Source of the DNA: the human T2T-CHM13v2.0 reference genome, Homo sapiens
NCBI RefSeq assembly: GCF_009914755.1
Contig: NC_060936.1
DNA: 64,000 bases
Strand: one strand, 5' to 3'
Under the pieces are notes generated by a model. That model made no database searches, was not told the origin of the DNA, and saw only the letters and a list, made by a program, of their open reading frames with translations. The translations under genes and the position numbers were made by a program. Within the stretch, counting starts at the first letter, position 1, and each line of letters opens with the position of its first letter. Below, one piece after another: positions 1 to 15,640 of the stretch.

Positions 1-980
1 GGACATGTCAGAGACCTTCACAGCAGCCCCTCCCATCCCAGGCCCTGAGGCCTAGGGAGGAAAAATGATTTCCTGGGCCAGGTCCAGGGCCCTCCTGCTG
101 TGTACACCCTTGGAACTTGGTGCCCTACATCCCAGGCACTCCAATCATGGCTAAAAGGGGCCAAGGTACAGCTCAAGCTTGGCTTCAGAGGATGCAAACT
201 CCAAGCCTTGGCAGCTTCCGTATGGTATTGACCCTACGGGGCACAGAAGTCAAGAATTGAGGTTTGGGAACCTCCACCTAGATTTCAGAAGATGTGTGGA
301 AACACCTGGATGTCCAGGCAGAGGTTTGTTGTAAGGGCAGGGCCCTCATGGACCCCTGCTAGCGCAGTGCAGAAGGGACATGCGGGGTTGGAGCGCCCCC
401 ACAGAGTCCCCAATGGGATACTGCCTAGTGGAGCTGTGAGAAGAGGGCCACTGTCCTACAGACCCCAGAATGGTAGATCCACCGACAGCTTGCACCGTGC
501 ACCTGGAAAAGCCACAGACACGCAACACCAGCCCATAAAATCAGCCAGAAAGAGCACTGTATCCTACAAAACCACAGAGGTGAAGATGCCCAAGGCCATG
601 GAAGCCCACCTCTTGCATCAGCACGACCTGTATGTGAGACATGGAGTCAAAGGAGATCATTTTGGAATGTTAAGGTTTAATGACTGCCCATTGGATTTTA
701 GACTTATGTTGGGCCTGTAGCCCCTTTGTTTTGGCCAATTTCTCCCATTTGGAATGGGTATATTTACCCAATGTCTGTACCCCTATTGTATCTAGGAAGT
801 AACTTGCTTTTGATTTTGCAGGCTCATAGACAAAAGGGATTTGCCTTATCTCTGATAAGACTTTGGACTTGGACTTTTGAGTTAATGCTGAAATGAGTTA
901 AGACTTTGGGGGACTGTTGGAAGGGCACATTGTGTTTTGAAATGTGAGGACATAAGATTTGGGAGGGACCAGGGGCAGAA
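1..980 (+). mobile_element. THE1/MaLR internal sequence (3' part), truncated by window edge
   Basis: Typical THE1-int sequence (e.g. cagaagtcaagaattgaggtttgggaacct) ending in a polypurine tract gggagggaccaggggcagaa (961-980) immediately before an LTR. Confidence 0.85.
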
Positions 981-1335
981 TGATATGATTTGGCTGTGTC
1001 TCCACCCAAATCTCATTTTGAATTGTAGCTCCCATAATCCCCATGTGTCATGGAAGGGACCCAGTGGGAGGTAATTGAATCATGGGGGCGGTTTTTCCCA
1101 TGCCATTCTTGTGATAGTGACATTTCACAAGATCTGATGATTGTATAAAGGGCAGTTCCTTTGTACTTTTCTCTTGCCTGCCACCATGTAAGATGTCCTT
1201 TGCTCCTCCTTCTTCTGCCATGATTGTGAGGCCTCCCCAGCCATGTGGAACTATGAGTCCCTTAAATCTCTCTTTATTTATAAATTGCCCAGTCTTGGGT
1301 ATTTCTTTATAGCAGTATGAAAATGGACTAATACA
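981..1335 (+). mobile_element. THE1-family 3' LTR (ERVL-MaLR)
   Basis: Starts tgatatgatttggctgtgtc and ends ggactaataca (TG...CA termini); ~355 bp; follows the PPT. Confidence 0.9.
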
Positions 1336-2076
1336 TCTAGCAATACAACACTAATTTTTAACTGTAATCATTACTAAAATTCTAGGGTACTGTGGCATTG
1401 ACCAAAGCATGAAATATTAAAAAATATTATGCCACTTCACTACTTTCATATATGGCCCTTTCTTGATTCTAAGACTTCTGAAAAAAAAATAAGAAAATAT
1501 GTAAGCCCACAGGTTAAGATATTTAGGAGATTCTAATAGCTGCAACTGGTAAAATGCTGCAAATGTAGGATTTGTCTTCCAGAGTATATGCAAACATAGA
1601 CCTAGACCCTTTTGTACCTCATCATTGTAAATACCATAATACAGCAATCCAATGGATGCTTAAATGTGACTATTTTTAAGACACAATGTACTGAGCCTCT
1701 TCAATAGCTTTAAAATCTCACACATCTGTGGTACATGTTGCCCTGTCAATATTTGCGAGCTTAGGAGCTGAATAACCTAAAATGGGTAATGTACTACCTT
1801 ACAACCAAATATGAGTTAGGGTCACTGTGACCAGTAATCTGAGGTAAACTGTTTTTTCATCTATAATAAAGGAAGGCAACAAGATATCAATTTACTTGTC
1901 AAAAATAGTTATAATTATTACAGGTACATTGTACTATATGTTTGTATCTGGAAATTAGCCTCTGCAAAGCTTATGTTATTACTGCCTACACGTTTTTCTT
2001 TCTCACTTTTCTTAGAAATATATATTTAAAACTTAACTTAGTCTGTAGAAATACCCACAAATATGGTCAAAATGTT

Positions 2077-2173
2077 ATGCAGATAAGACTTATTAACAAG
2101 CTAAGATCCAGATGCAGATAAGACTTATTAAGTCTTATCCAATGCAGATAAGACTTATTCACAAGCTAAGATC
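2077..2173. repeat. Short triplicated unit with internal inverted repeat
   Basis: atgcagataagacttatt occurs three times; gataagactta-t-taagtcttatc (2117-2139) is a perfect 11-bp inverted repeat. Confidence 0.9.
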
Positions 2174-2271
2174 TTAAGTTAACAAATGATCAATGTCCCA
2201 ACTGGAAACCAGAAACTCAAAATACAGTCTAACCTCTGCACTCTTATGTATCCATATGAAGAACTTATTTT

Positions 2272-3909
2272 TTCATGTAAATGGAACAAAATATAGCAAA
2301 ATCAAAGATTTTTTGACATGACATTATAGTTCATATTGAATTTAGATATTAGACAGACCAACCAATGGGTCCCATCTAGGATGGATTTTAACACCAAGAT
2401 TTACAGCATAAAGAGTAGGCACACACATACAAATCACAAATGGCATAAGTGCCACTAAGAAATGAAGAAAAAGACTCATGCACCCACAGAGATACAAGAA
2501 AGAAAATGAGTAGGAAAAATAAACTATCTGGTTTCTTCTTCAAAATAAAATGCTTCCTATGGGTTTTTATTATATAATTCTATTATATTACTAATTATAT
2601 TATATAATTATAGTATATTACTAATATACTTTTATGTTAAAATTAAATTGCTTTTAATGGCAAAAAGACACAATTACTTTTGCACTAGCCTAATATTTAC
2701 ATACTGCTTCTTCATTTTAAAATGCAAATAAATGTATACTGTTACGCTAGATCACCATGTTATATTCTTATAAAAATAGATGGAATTATACAGTTACTAT
2801 CAAAAATGTGTAACTTGTAAGACAAAAATGTTGGTGAACTATGTTCACATTACCAACTATTTACTGCTAGAGTTTTATAGAAAATTTTAAATAACAGAAA
2901 GATATTTGTAGTGTCAGGAGGCATCTGACCATATGGCCAAACTTAAATAAACTTACATAGATATGAGTTTCTAAATTACTGTTGCATACTTTATTTTACT
3001 CAACGAACATTGTCATATGGACCTTAAACAGTGTCTAATGTCCACAAAAAGGAAAAGAAGGTAAACTTTTGAAAGATAGCCTTTTAAAAATCTGAAATAC
3101 AAATATATTTATAGTTAAAATGATGATAAGGTTTGTAAAATGTGGTTGTGGAAGAATAAAGATACTATTTTCTTGTCCTTCAACTTCTCAATTCCCCCAA
3201 CACATTTCCTAGTCTACATTTTCCTATTTTTTTTCCTGTCTTGCAAACATTTACATCATATACTGTACTTGGATGACATTTTGGAACACCCAAGCTGCTA
3301 CTGCAACAATGGAATTGATACTAACTTTTAAACCCAAATAACAGAAATATTTCTGATGCTTTGGTGATTGCCAAGGGGCCATCTTGGTAGATCTCTTAGG
3401 CTTCCTAGAATTGACTCAAATAGGAGATATCTAAATCTTCTTTTGCTGAATCCTAAAAAGATTAGATATCCACATAGCATATAAAAAAATGAGATAAATT
3501 ATGTAAAGTCCCTCTTAGAGAGCCTGAAATGTTATAAATTTCAATAATTGGTAGCTCCTGCTGCTAGACAAATTCACTGAAAAGTTGTCAGCCTTCAGCT
3601 CTGTCTTGTCTTTGTTCTGCCTCTGAGTAGCTGTATTAAGTAACCCCTAAGCCACATTCTATTTTCTGTCCTCATTTCAAAGGTGGGACATGTCTTTGAA
3701 CACTTACTTGTTTTCTGTCTTACAAGAAACAACTATTTTGAGAGATTTAAAATGTGTAAATTTCTGAAATTTTCCATGTAAATGTAACAACATATCACAG
3801 CAAAATCAAAGATTTTTCTGACATTATAGTTCATACTGAATTTAGATATTAGACAGCCCTACCAATGAGTCCCATTTAGCATGGATTTTAACACCAAGAT
3901 TTACAGCAT
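2272..3909 (+). repeat. Dispersed ~140-bp direct repeat pair (2272-2409 and ~3772-3909)
   Basis: Shared blocks: acattatagttcata(t/c)tgaatttagatattagacag ... atggattttaacaccaagatttacagcat. Confidence 0.9.
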
Positions 3910-5895
3910 TACTATAAGTGATGAATTCTCCTTTAAAAATACCCATTTATAGAGGAGCCCAAATTTGATTCAAATGCTTTGACTGTCCTTATCAATTTCA
4001 GTCTCGTGGAGCTGATGACATGCCTCTGAAACAAAATCTATTGTATGATTCATGAAGTTGTCTGTTAGTTAAATGGCAAAATATATATATAAGCTGAAAA
4101 ACTAGTAACAGCATGCTGAAGTGAAAGAAGAGTTGCAGGAAGGAAAAATTATAATCCTGGTGTCTTTCTGAGCATAATGTATTATTGAAAAATACTCAAA
4201 AGTTGCGATAATGTACTGTTGTACTCCCAAGGAATATTTACATTTGAAAAGGATAGTAAGTGCAGGTACCTTGAACAAATGGGATTTATGTGGTGACATC
4301 AGAAAAGAAGCTAGTTCTTCCTCCACTGCCTATCAAATTCATTTTATAGGTCCATTTTTTTTAAATTCCACTGACACTGTAATCTCAAACAGGCTGCACT
4401 ACTTTCCGCTGACATTCAAAAGAAAAAAAAAAAAGCAAAACACCCTCTGGTCACTTTTAGTTCCCCCAAAAGGTGCAGTTCTGGATTAATATGTCTAGTT
4501 CACTTTGCACTTTACGTAAACCAAATCTCCTTCCCTCCCACTACATCAGGTCCAAAGCCTACATTTGAGAAAGAAGGTCTAGGTTATTTCTCTATTTTTC
4601 ATCCTAGTTTCTCTCCTTCTGCCTTCCTTTTTCTCCCACAATTGAACAAAGCTGCTCTATCTCCTCTAGAGTTGAAATTTAAAGGGGAAGAGTTAATGAA
4701 GGAAGAAATGTCTTCCTTGATTCCTTTGCCCAGAGCAGTATTTAAAACTGACTCTTTCTTTTAAGGCCACTTTCTTGGATTCTTTGGAGATTCCACCCCT
4801 CATTCATGGTCTGACATCTGCAGTATCTTTGGTGGGGTAAATGCATCGCCTCTGACTAATCACATACAATTTCTCCCTGCAACTTTAGATATTCAACATA
4901 CACTTTTAGCCTCTTTCTACTAAACTCTCATCACCACTCCATATGATCCAATCATTCTAGATGTAAGAGCCCCAAAGTAGCTCTGGGTAACCCATCGCTG
5001 GCTGGGGTGAAGCTCCTTTTCAAATGTAGCCCTCTCTTCAATTCACCTCCTGGCAGGTGGATCCAGCCACAGCCTTTTTGCCTTTTAGGCTTCTTAAATT
5101 TCCTAAGTATGAATTGGACACCAGTCCCCTGTGTCTCCCAAACTGCAGAGGACAAATATAAAGCACTCTGAGCAAACTTAAAGTCATGCTCACTAGGCTT
5201 TAAATCAGAAGAAAGAATAGCTTACCTCCCCCTAACAGAAGTGAAAGTGGGACACACAGCACAACTCTCTCTACAGAAACGACTTTTATTTTTATCTCTA
5301 CCCTTTGATCTCTAGTGCACCTCTCTACCTCTACAACCTGTTACACATGCTGGCAATGAGAGTTTTCATAAAACCTCTTCTTGTACATTTCTTTTACAAG
5401 TTCCCTAGGTGGTCTAAAATAGGTTCTCCAAACCAAGGTATATGAATATTTAGAATGCATAAAATTTTCCAATGGGTACATGAACATGAATAGTTTTAAG
5501 AGAAGTCACTTTCAATTCTTCATTTTCCATGTAGACCCTTTTGAAAAGCCAACCTCTCTGAAAATGTATCTTAAGTTTAGTCATCATGCTAGTCCTTCTT
5601 TCCCAACCCTTGACCCCTGCATAATTTCCTTTCCAAATGTTACAAAAGGAAGGACTTATCTCTCACCTATTCTAAATCTTACTGTGGCACATTTCATCCT
5701 CCTCTCCTATTATCAATAATTCATGCCTCCTGGGGCAGAATCACATGAGACCATATTTCTCTAAGTCTCTTGTTTAGCACTGGCCAAATACCTTAGGTTT
5801 TGTAGTTAATTTTCTAACAGAAGATTTCATTGTACATTTAAAATCAGAATATATATATATGTATATGCAGATAAAGATCAAGATCACATAATAAG

Positions 5896-6752
5896 AACAG
5901 AACCGATAATAAACCTTCTATCAATCTAGCAATAAGTAGAACACAGCCATGGTTCACACTGCACAGTGATTTTCATTGCATCCCCAAAAGCAATCTAGGT
6001 AACAATGCACTAAACCTTAGAAAACCAGTTTCCTTTATTTAAGATTAATTACTCCTGTTCAGAGAATGATATACACTGATTCTATTAGATGCATAATAAG
6101 AAACAACCATTTTCAATTGTGAAAGAAATTCTAATCAATATAGATATAAAATTCTCAAAAATATTTATTTCTGTTGCTCTGTCAAGATTTTTGAAGCTGC
6201 TTAGAGACCAGCCGGATTAAAAATTTTTAATTTGGCAAAGATAAATAAATCTTTGCTCAGCTTATCAAAGAAAATTCTGCAATAGACAATGCCCAATTTA
6301 ATTTTTTTAGGCTGATATAATCTACTTGTAGCTTCAAAAACCAGGTGACTGTAAGAGATAAACAGATACGGTTAGTAATCCTTTTTTCAATCTAGATAAA
6401 ATTGTAAGGTATATATCTCAGAAATTGGCAAAATGAAAGATTCTAATAACTAACATATTCTTCTGTAAAAATTTTGATTGTTTTCAACAAACTTGAAAGA
6501 AAACCAACTTATCAATTGACAGTAATTTTTGATATTGCAACACAATTTGAATTTTGACATGTAACTACAGAGGGTTCAAATAACCAAGCGACATTACTGT
6601 AGTAAAATGCCTTCCTTCAACAACATCTTCATGTAAACATATTTCCTAGTGCTTACCTCTATAAAACAATAACAGAACTGATAATAAACCTTGTATCAAT
6701 CTAGCAATAAGCAGAGCACAGCCATGGTTCAATATTGCACAGTGACCTTCAT
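5896..6752 (+). repeat. Dispersed ~80-bp direct repeat pair (5896-5976 and 6671-6752)
   Basis: aacagaac(c/t)gataataaacctt(c/g)tatcaatctagcaataag...cacagccatggttca...gcacagtga in both copies. Confidence 0.9.
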
Positions 6753-6937
6753 AGAGACAAGATAAAACTAGGGTTTCTGTAAGTGAAAACTGCCTTTCCA
6801 GATCAGGTGCTAATAGATTTCAAGAAAGAAACACGGGCCCATGAACAAGACAGTGCTTCAAAAGACACTGTCTATGTATGTCTTTCTTCCCATTCTGGTC
6901 AGCTTGCCTTAGTGGCTCAGCAACAATATGAAATGTT

Positions 6938-7046
6938 GGGTCAGTGCAGTGGGCTGTGATCCCAGCACTTTGGTAGGCCAAGGTGGGCAGATTATTTAAG
7001 TCCAGGAGTTTGAGACCAGCCTTGGCAACATGATGAAACCACATCT

Positions 7047-7077
<31 letters not shown>

Positions 7078-7234
7078 AGCCAGAAGTGGTAGTGCATGCC
7101 TGTAGTCCCAGCTACTGGGGAGGCTGAGATGGGAGGATCTCTTTAGCTCAGGAGGTAGAGGCTGCAAGTGAGCTGTGATCGTACCACCACACTCCAGCCT
7201 GGGTGACAGAGAGAGACACTGTCTCAAAAATAAC

Positions 7235-7274
<40 letters not shown>

Positions 7275-7300
7275 CAAAAAACAAAAAAAAAAGAAAAAGA
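6938..7300 (+). mobile_element. Old Alu (AluJ-like) with (CA)n in the central linker and tail
   Basis: tcccagcactttgg...ccagcctgggtgacagag; (CA)n at ~7048-7075 and ~7233-7272. Confidence 0.9.
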
Positions 7301-7936
7301 AAAGTGCAGGGAGACATACTGCAGTTAGAGCAAGCTATTCCTGAACAAGGTGATACGGCCACCTCCACAAAATCTACTGTGCACAGAGAAGAAAAAGTGC
7401 TTAGAATGCTGGTCCTGGGGAATAGTAAATTATCCCATCGAGAGGCTTGTATAACAGTTTTTTTCTTCAGATATTTAGATATTTCTCAACACCTGGGAGT
7501 GGGTGGTACACTCAAGCCAATAATATCAATTGCTAAAAAGATTAATTCACATAAAATAACAGATCCTTCCACTACTATTTCACTAACAATTGCTTACCAT
7601 CTTGTCAGGAAGATGATGATAGTAACATAGCAGGCACTTCACAAAGCACCGTAAGTGTGCTGTGAAATAACCAAGGTAGTCCCATTAAAATCAGGAACAA
7701 GGGGAGAGGAGCCAAGATGGCCAAATAGGAACAGCTCCGGTGCACAGCTCCCAGCGTGAGCGACGCAGAAGACGGGTGATTTCTGCATTTCCATCTGAGG
7801 TACCGGGTTCATCTCACTAGGGAGTGCCAGACAATGGGCGCAGGTCAGTGGGTGCGCGCACCGTGCGCAAGCCAAAGCAGGGTGAGGCATTGCCTCACTT
7901 GGGAAGCTCAAGGGGTCAGGGAGTTCCCTTTCTGAG

Positions 7937-8152
7937 TCAAAGAAAGGGGTGACGGACGCACCTGGAAAATCGGGTCACTCCCACCCGAATACTGCGCTCT
8001 TCCAACAGGCTTAAAAAACGGCGCGCCACAAGATTATATCCCGCACCTGGCTCGGAGGGTCCTACGCCCATGGAGTCTCGCTGATTGCTAGCACAGCAGT
8101 CTGAGATCAAACTGCAAGGCAGCAGCGAGACTGGGGGAGGGGCGCCCGCCAT
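7937..8152 (-). CDS. L1 ORF0 (primate antisense ORF), intact 71 aa
   Basis: MAGAPPPVSLLPCSLISDCCASNQRDS...RFSRCVRHPFL matches ORF0; donors CCAG|GTGCGG after nt 106 (exon end 8047) and CCAG|GTGCGT after nt 191 (exon end 7962). Expression not shown. Confidence 0.8.
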   Translation of the reverse strand: MAGAPPPVSLLPCSLISDCCASNQRDSMGVGPSEPGAGYNLVARRFLSLLEERSIRVGVTRFSRCVRHPFL

Positions 8153-8607
8153 TGCCCAGGCTTGATTAGGTAAACAAAGCAGCTGTGAAGCTCGAACTGG
8201 GTGGAGCCCACCACAGCTGAAGAAGGCCTGCCTGCCTCTGTAGGCTCCACCTCTGGGGGCAGGGCACAGACAAACAAAAAGACAGCAGTAACCTCTGCAG
8301 ACTTAAATGTCCCTGTCTGACAGCTTTGAAGAGAGCAGTGGGTCTCCCAGCACGCAGCTGGACATCTGAGAACGGGCAGACTGCCTCCTCAAGTGGGTCC
8401 CTGACCCCTGACCCCCGAGCAGCCTAACTGGGAGGCACCCCCCAGCAGGGGCACACTGACACCTCAAACGGCAGGGTACTCCAACAGACCTGCAGCTGAG
8501 GGTCCTCTCTGTTGGAAGGAAAACTAACAAACAGAAAGGACATCCACACCAAAAACCCATCTGTACATCACCATCATCAAAGACCAAAAGTAGATAAAAC
8601 CACAAAA

Positions 8608-9623
8608 ATGGGGAAAAAACAGAACAGAAAAACTGGAAACTCTAAAAAGCAGAGCGCCTCTCCTCCTCCAAAGGAACGCAGTTCCTCACCAGCAATGCAA
8701 CAAAGCTGGATGGAGAATGACTTTGACGAGCTGAGAGAAGAAGGCTTCAGACGATCAAATTACTCTGAGCTACGGGAGGACATTCAAACCAAAGGCAAAG
8801 AAGTTGAAAACTCTGAAAAAATTTAGAAGAATGTATAACTAGAATAACCAATACAGAGAAGTGCTTAAAGGAGCTGATGGAGCTGAAAACCAAGGCTCGA
8901 GAACTACGTGAAGAATGCAGAAGCCTCAGGAGCCGATGCGATCAACTGGAAGAAACGGTATCAGCGATGGAAGATGAAATGAATGAAATGAAGTGAGAAG
9001 GGAAGTTTAGAGAAAAAAGAATAAAAAGAAATGAGCAAAGCCTCCAAGAAATATGGGACTATGTGAAAAGACCAAATCTACGTCTGATTGGTGTACCTGA
9101 AAGTGATGGGGAGAATGGAACCAAGTTGGAAAACACTCTGCAGGATATTATCCAGGACAACTTCCCCAATCTAGCAAGGCAGGCCAACGTTCAGATTCAG
9201 GAAATACAGAGAACGCCACAAAGATACTCCTCGAGAAGAGCAACTCCAAGACACATAATTGTCAGATTCACCAAAGGTGAAATGAAGGAAAAAATGTTAA
9301 GGGCAGCCAGAGAGAAAGGTCGGGTTACCCTCAAAGGGAAGCCCATCAGACTAAAAGTGGATCTCTCAGCAGAAACCCTACAAGCCAGAAGAGAGTGGGG
9401 GCTAATATTCAAATTTCTTAAAGAAAAGAATTTTCAACCCAGAATTTCATATCCAGCCAAACTAAGCTTCATAAGTGAAGGAGAAATAAAATACTTTACA
9501 GACAAACAAATGCTGAGAGATTTTGTCACCACCAGGCCTGCCTTACAAGAGCTCCTGAAGGAAGCACTAAACATGGAAAGGAACGACTGGTACCAGCTGC
9601 TGCAAAATCATGGCAAAATGTAA
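8608..9623 (+). pseudogene. L1 #1 ORF1p, disrupted
   Basis: MGKKQNRKTGNSK...QNHGKM; 1-bp deletion in the A-run at ~8820 and TGA at 8994-8996. Confidence 0.95.
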
Positions 9624-9686
9624 AGACCATCGAGACTAGGAAGAAACTGCATCAACTAACGAGCAAAATAACCAGCTAACATCATA

Positions 9687-13513
<3,827 letters not shown>

Positions 13514-13819
13514 ACAATGAGATCACATGGACACAGGAAGGGGAATATCACACTCTGGGGACTGTTGTGGGGTGGGGGGAGGGGGGAGGGGGGAGGGATA
13601 GCATCGGGAGATATACCTAATGCTAGATGACGAGTTAGTGGGTCCAGCGCACCAGCATGGCACATGTATACATATGTAACTAACCTGCACAATGTGCACA
13701 TGTACCCTAAAACTTAAAGTATAATAATAAAAAAAAAGACAAAAAAAAAATCAGGAACAAATAAAGGTTCCCAGCTAATATCATTATTATTCATCACTGT
13801 TGTGGTATTTCTTGCATTA

Positions 13820-15640
13820 GCTAATACAAGAAAATGAGAAAATGAAAATAATACATAAATACAGTAAATTAAAAACAAAATATATTTAATTATAGACAAT
13901 TACTAATACTTGTAAATCACAAAAAAGTTCCTATATTGTAATTAATAAAAGAATTTGATACAGCAACATGATACAAAATATATAAAACCAAAGGCTTTTC
14001 TTTATGCTGGCAGTATAATACAAAAATTAAAATAAAAATAAAATATCATTCACAATAACAATCGAACAATAAAGTACCCCAGAAAACTTTAACAAAAATG
14101 TGCAACTGTATGAAGAAGAATACAAAATTTTATATTGAAGGTCATCTTGCATGAATTAAGAAAAATTATCATGCTTACTGGACCAAAAAACCTCCATAAT
14201 ATTATTAAAACCTTTATCTTTCCTAAATAAGTATAAATATGTAATGCAATTTTAATCATAATTTTATTGAGATACTGATTTTTATTTGGATTTTCCTTTA
14301 TAATTTTAAATGATTTTTAATTTTAATCATTTTTTATTTTGTTTATTTCTACTTTTTTGTTTGACTTAAAATTTTATATGGAAGAATAAATATGTAAGAT
14401 TTACCTAAAAATATTGAAAAAGATGATCGGCACCTGACATAGGATACTAAAGCCTTCTGTGATATTAATTGGATTACAATAACATGTTATGACCACAAAA
14501 AATGTACTAGTTACTGTACAAAACTGAGTTTATAACTGTATCCAATATAAATATAAATGAAAATGTATTATATGATAAACACTTCAGCAGAAATATACAT
14601 ATACATAATAAATATATAATAGCTCAGCAGAGAAAGTATAGCTTCTTTAGTAAATGATTTTATAATTATAATTAGATCTTCATTCAGCAAGAAAATAGTA
14701 ATATTCCTGCATAATCCATGTTTAAAGATGAAAAAGAGCAATGGATTAGGGATTTTAATGTTAAAATAAAATGTAAAAATTATGTGAAAAATAAGAGTAA
14801 TGTTAGGTTAAAGAAAAACTTTTTTAAAAAAGACAAAAAAAAAAAACCAAGAAACTATAATGGAAAAAAATTGTGGAGTCTACTTCTTTAATAGTACAGA
14901 TTTATACAAAGGCAAAAAGTACCATAAATAAGTTTTTAAAAAATAGAGAACATGTTTGAAACATATATGAGAGGTGAGCTTTATAACCCTAATGTAAAAT
15001 AGAGAACTTCTGCAAATTGAAAAGAAAAAGCAAACATGGGTAAATTGTATGAACTGGGGTTTATAAGAGAGGAAAATGCAAATAGACAAAAATTATTATA
15101 ATCTTTTTATAAAAGATGCTAAATCTCACTGGTATTTAAGGAAATGCGATTGAAAAGTAGCACAATACCCTTATTTTTGCATACAGTTAATTAAAAATTT
15201 TTTGAAAGATTTATCACATACAATGGAATGGGGTGGAGAAGTGATGGGATTGCATATTGCAGTACACAATGTTTCTGGCATTCCACTTTTGGAAATCCAT
15301 TCTGCAGAAATAGATATTCTTATCTAAGGATTTAGGGACTAACCACGATTTAGATATACATGCTGACCTAGAGGGATGTCCATAGTTCATAGTTAAATGA
15401 TTACAGCAACAAGTCCACATATGTAGGTAATGATGATCCTGTATTTGTGACTAAAGGTTGTGGGGGAGCATATGTGTATAATTACATAAATCATGTATGT
15501 TTTACATGAGCATAGAAAGAAATGTAAAAAGATACGCCCAAAATTGACTTTTTTATATACTCTTCTGTTACTTAGCTTTGAAAAAATAATGTTCTCATTT
15601 TTGAATTTTAAAAGAAAACTCCAGTAGAATGTGTATATGT
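13820..15640 (+). mobile_element. Highly decayed old L1 (L1M-type) 3' region fragments
   Basis: A-rich sequence with L1 ORF2/3' remnants (atcattcacaataac, aaattttatatggaagaataaa, aaagatgctaaatctcactggtatttaaggaaatgc); boundaries approximate. Confidence 0.55.

Noticed and set aside
292-720. 142-aa ORF
   Set aside because: Lies within THE1 internal sequence and has no recognisable protein domain.
2077-2173. Repeat-spacer pattern resembling a CRISPR array
   Set aside because: Primate DNA, only three units, spacers are not unique, and no cas genes.
6820-7630. 182-aa and 151-aa ORFs with CV/HT repeats
   Set aside because: Translations of an Alu and its (CA)n tracts.
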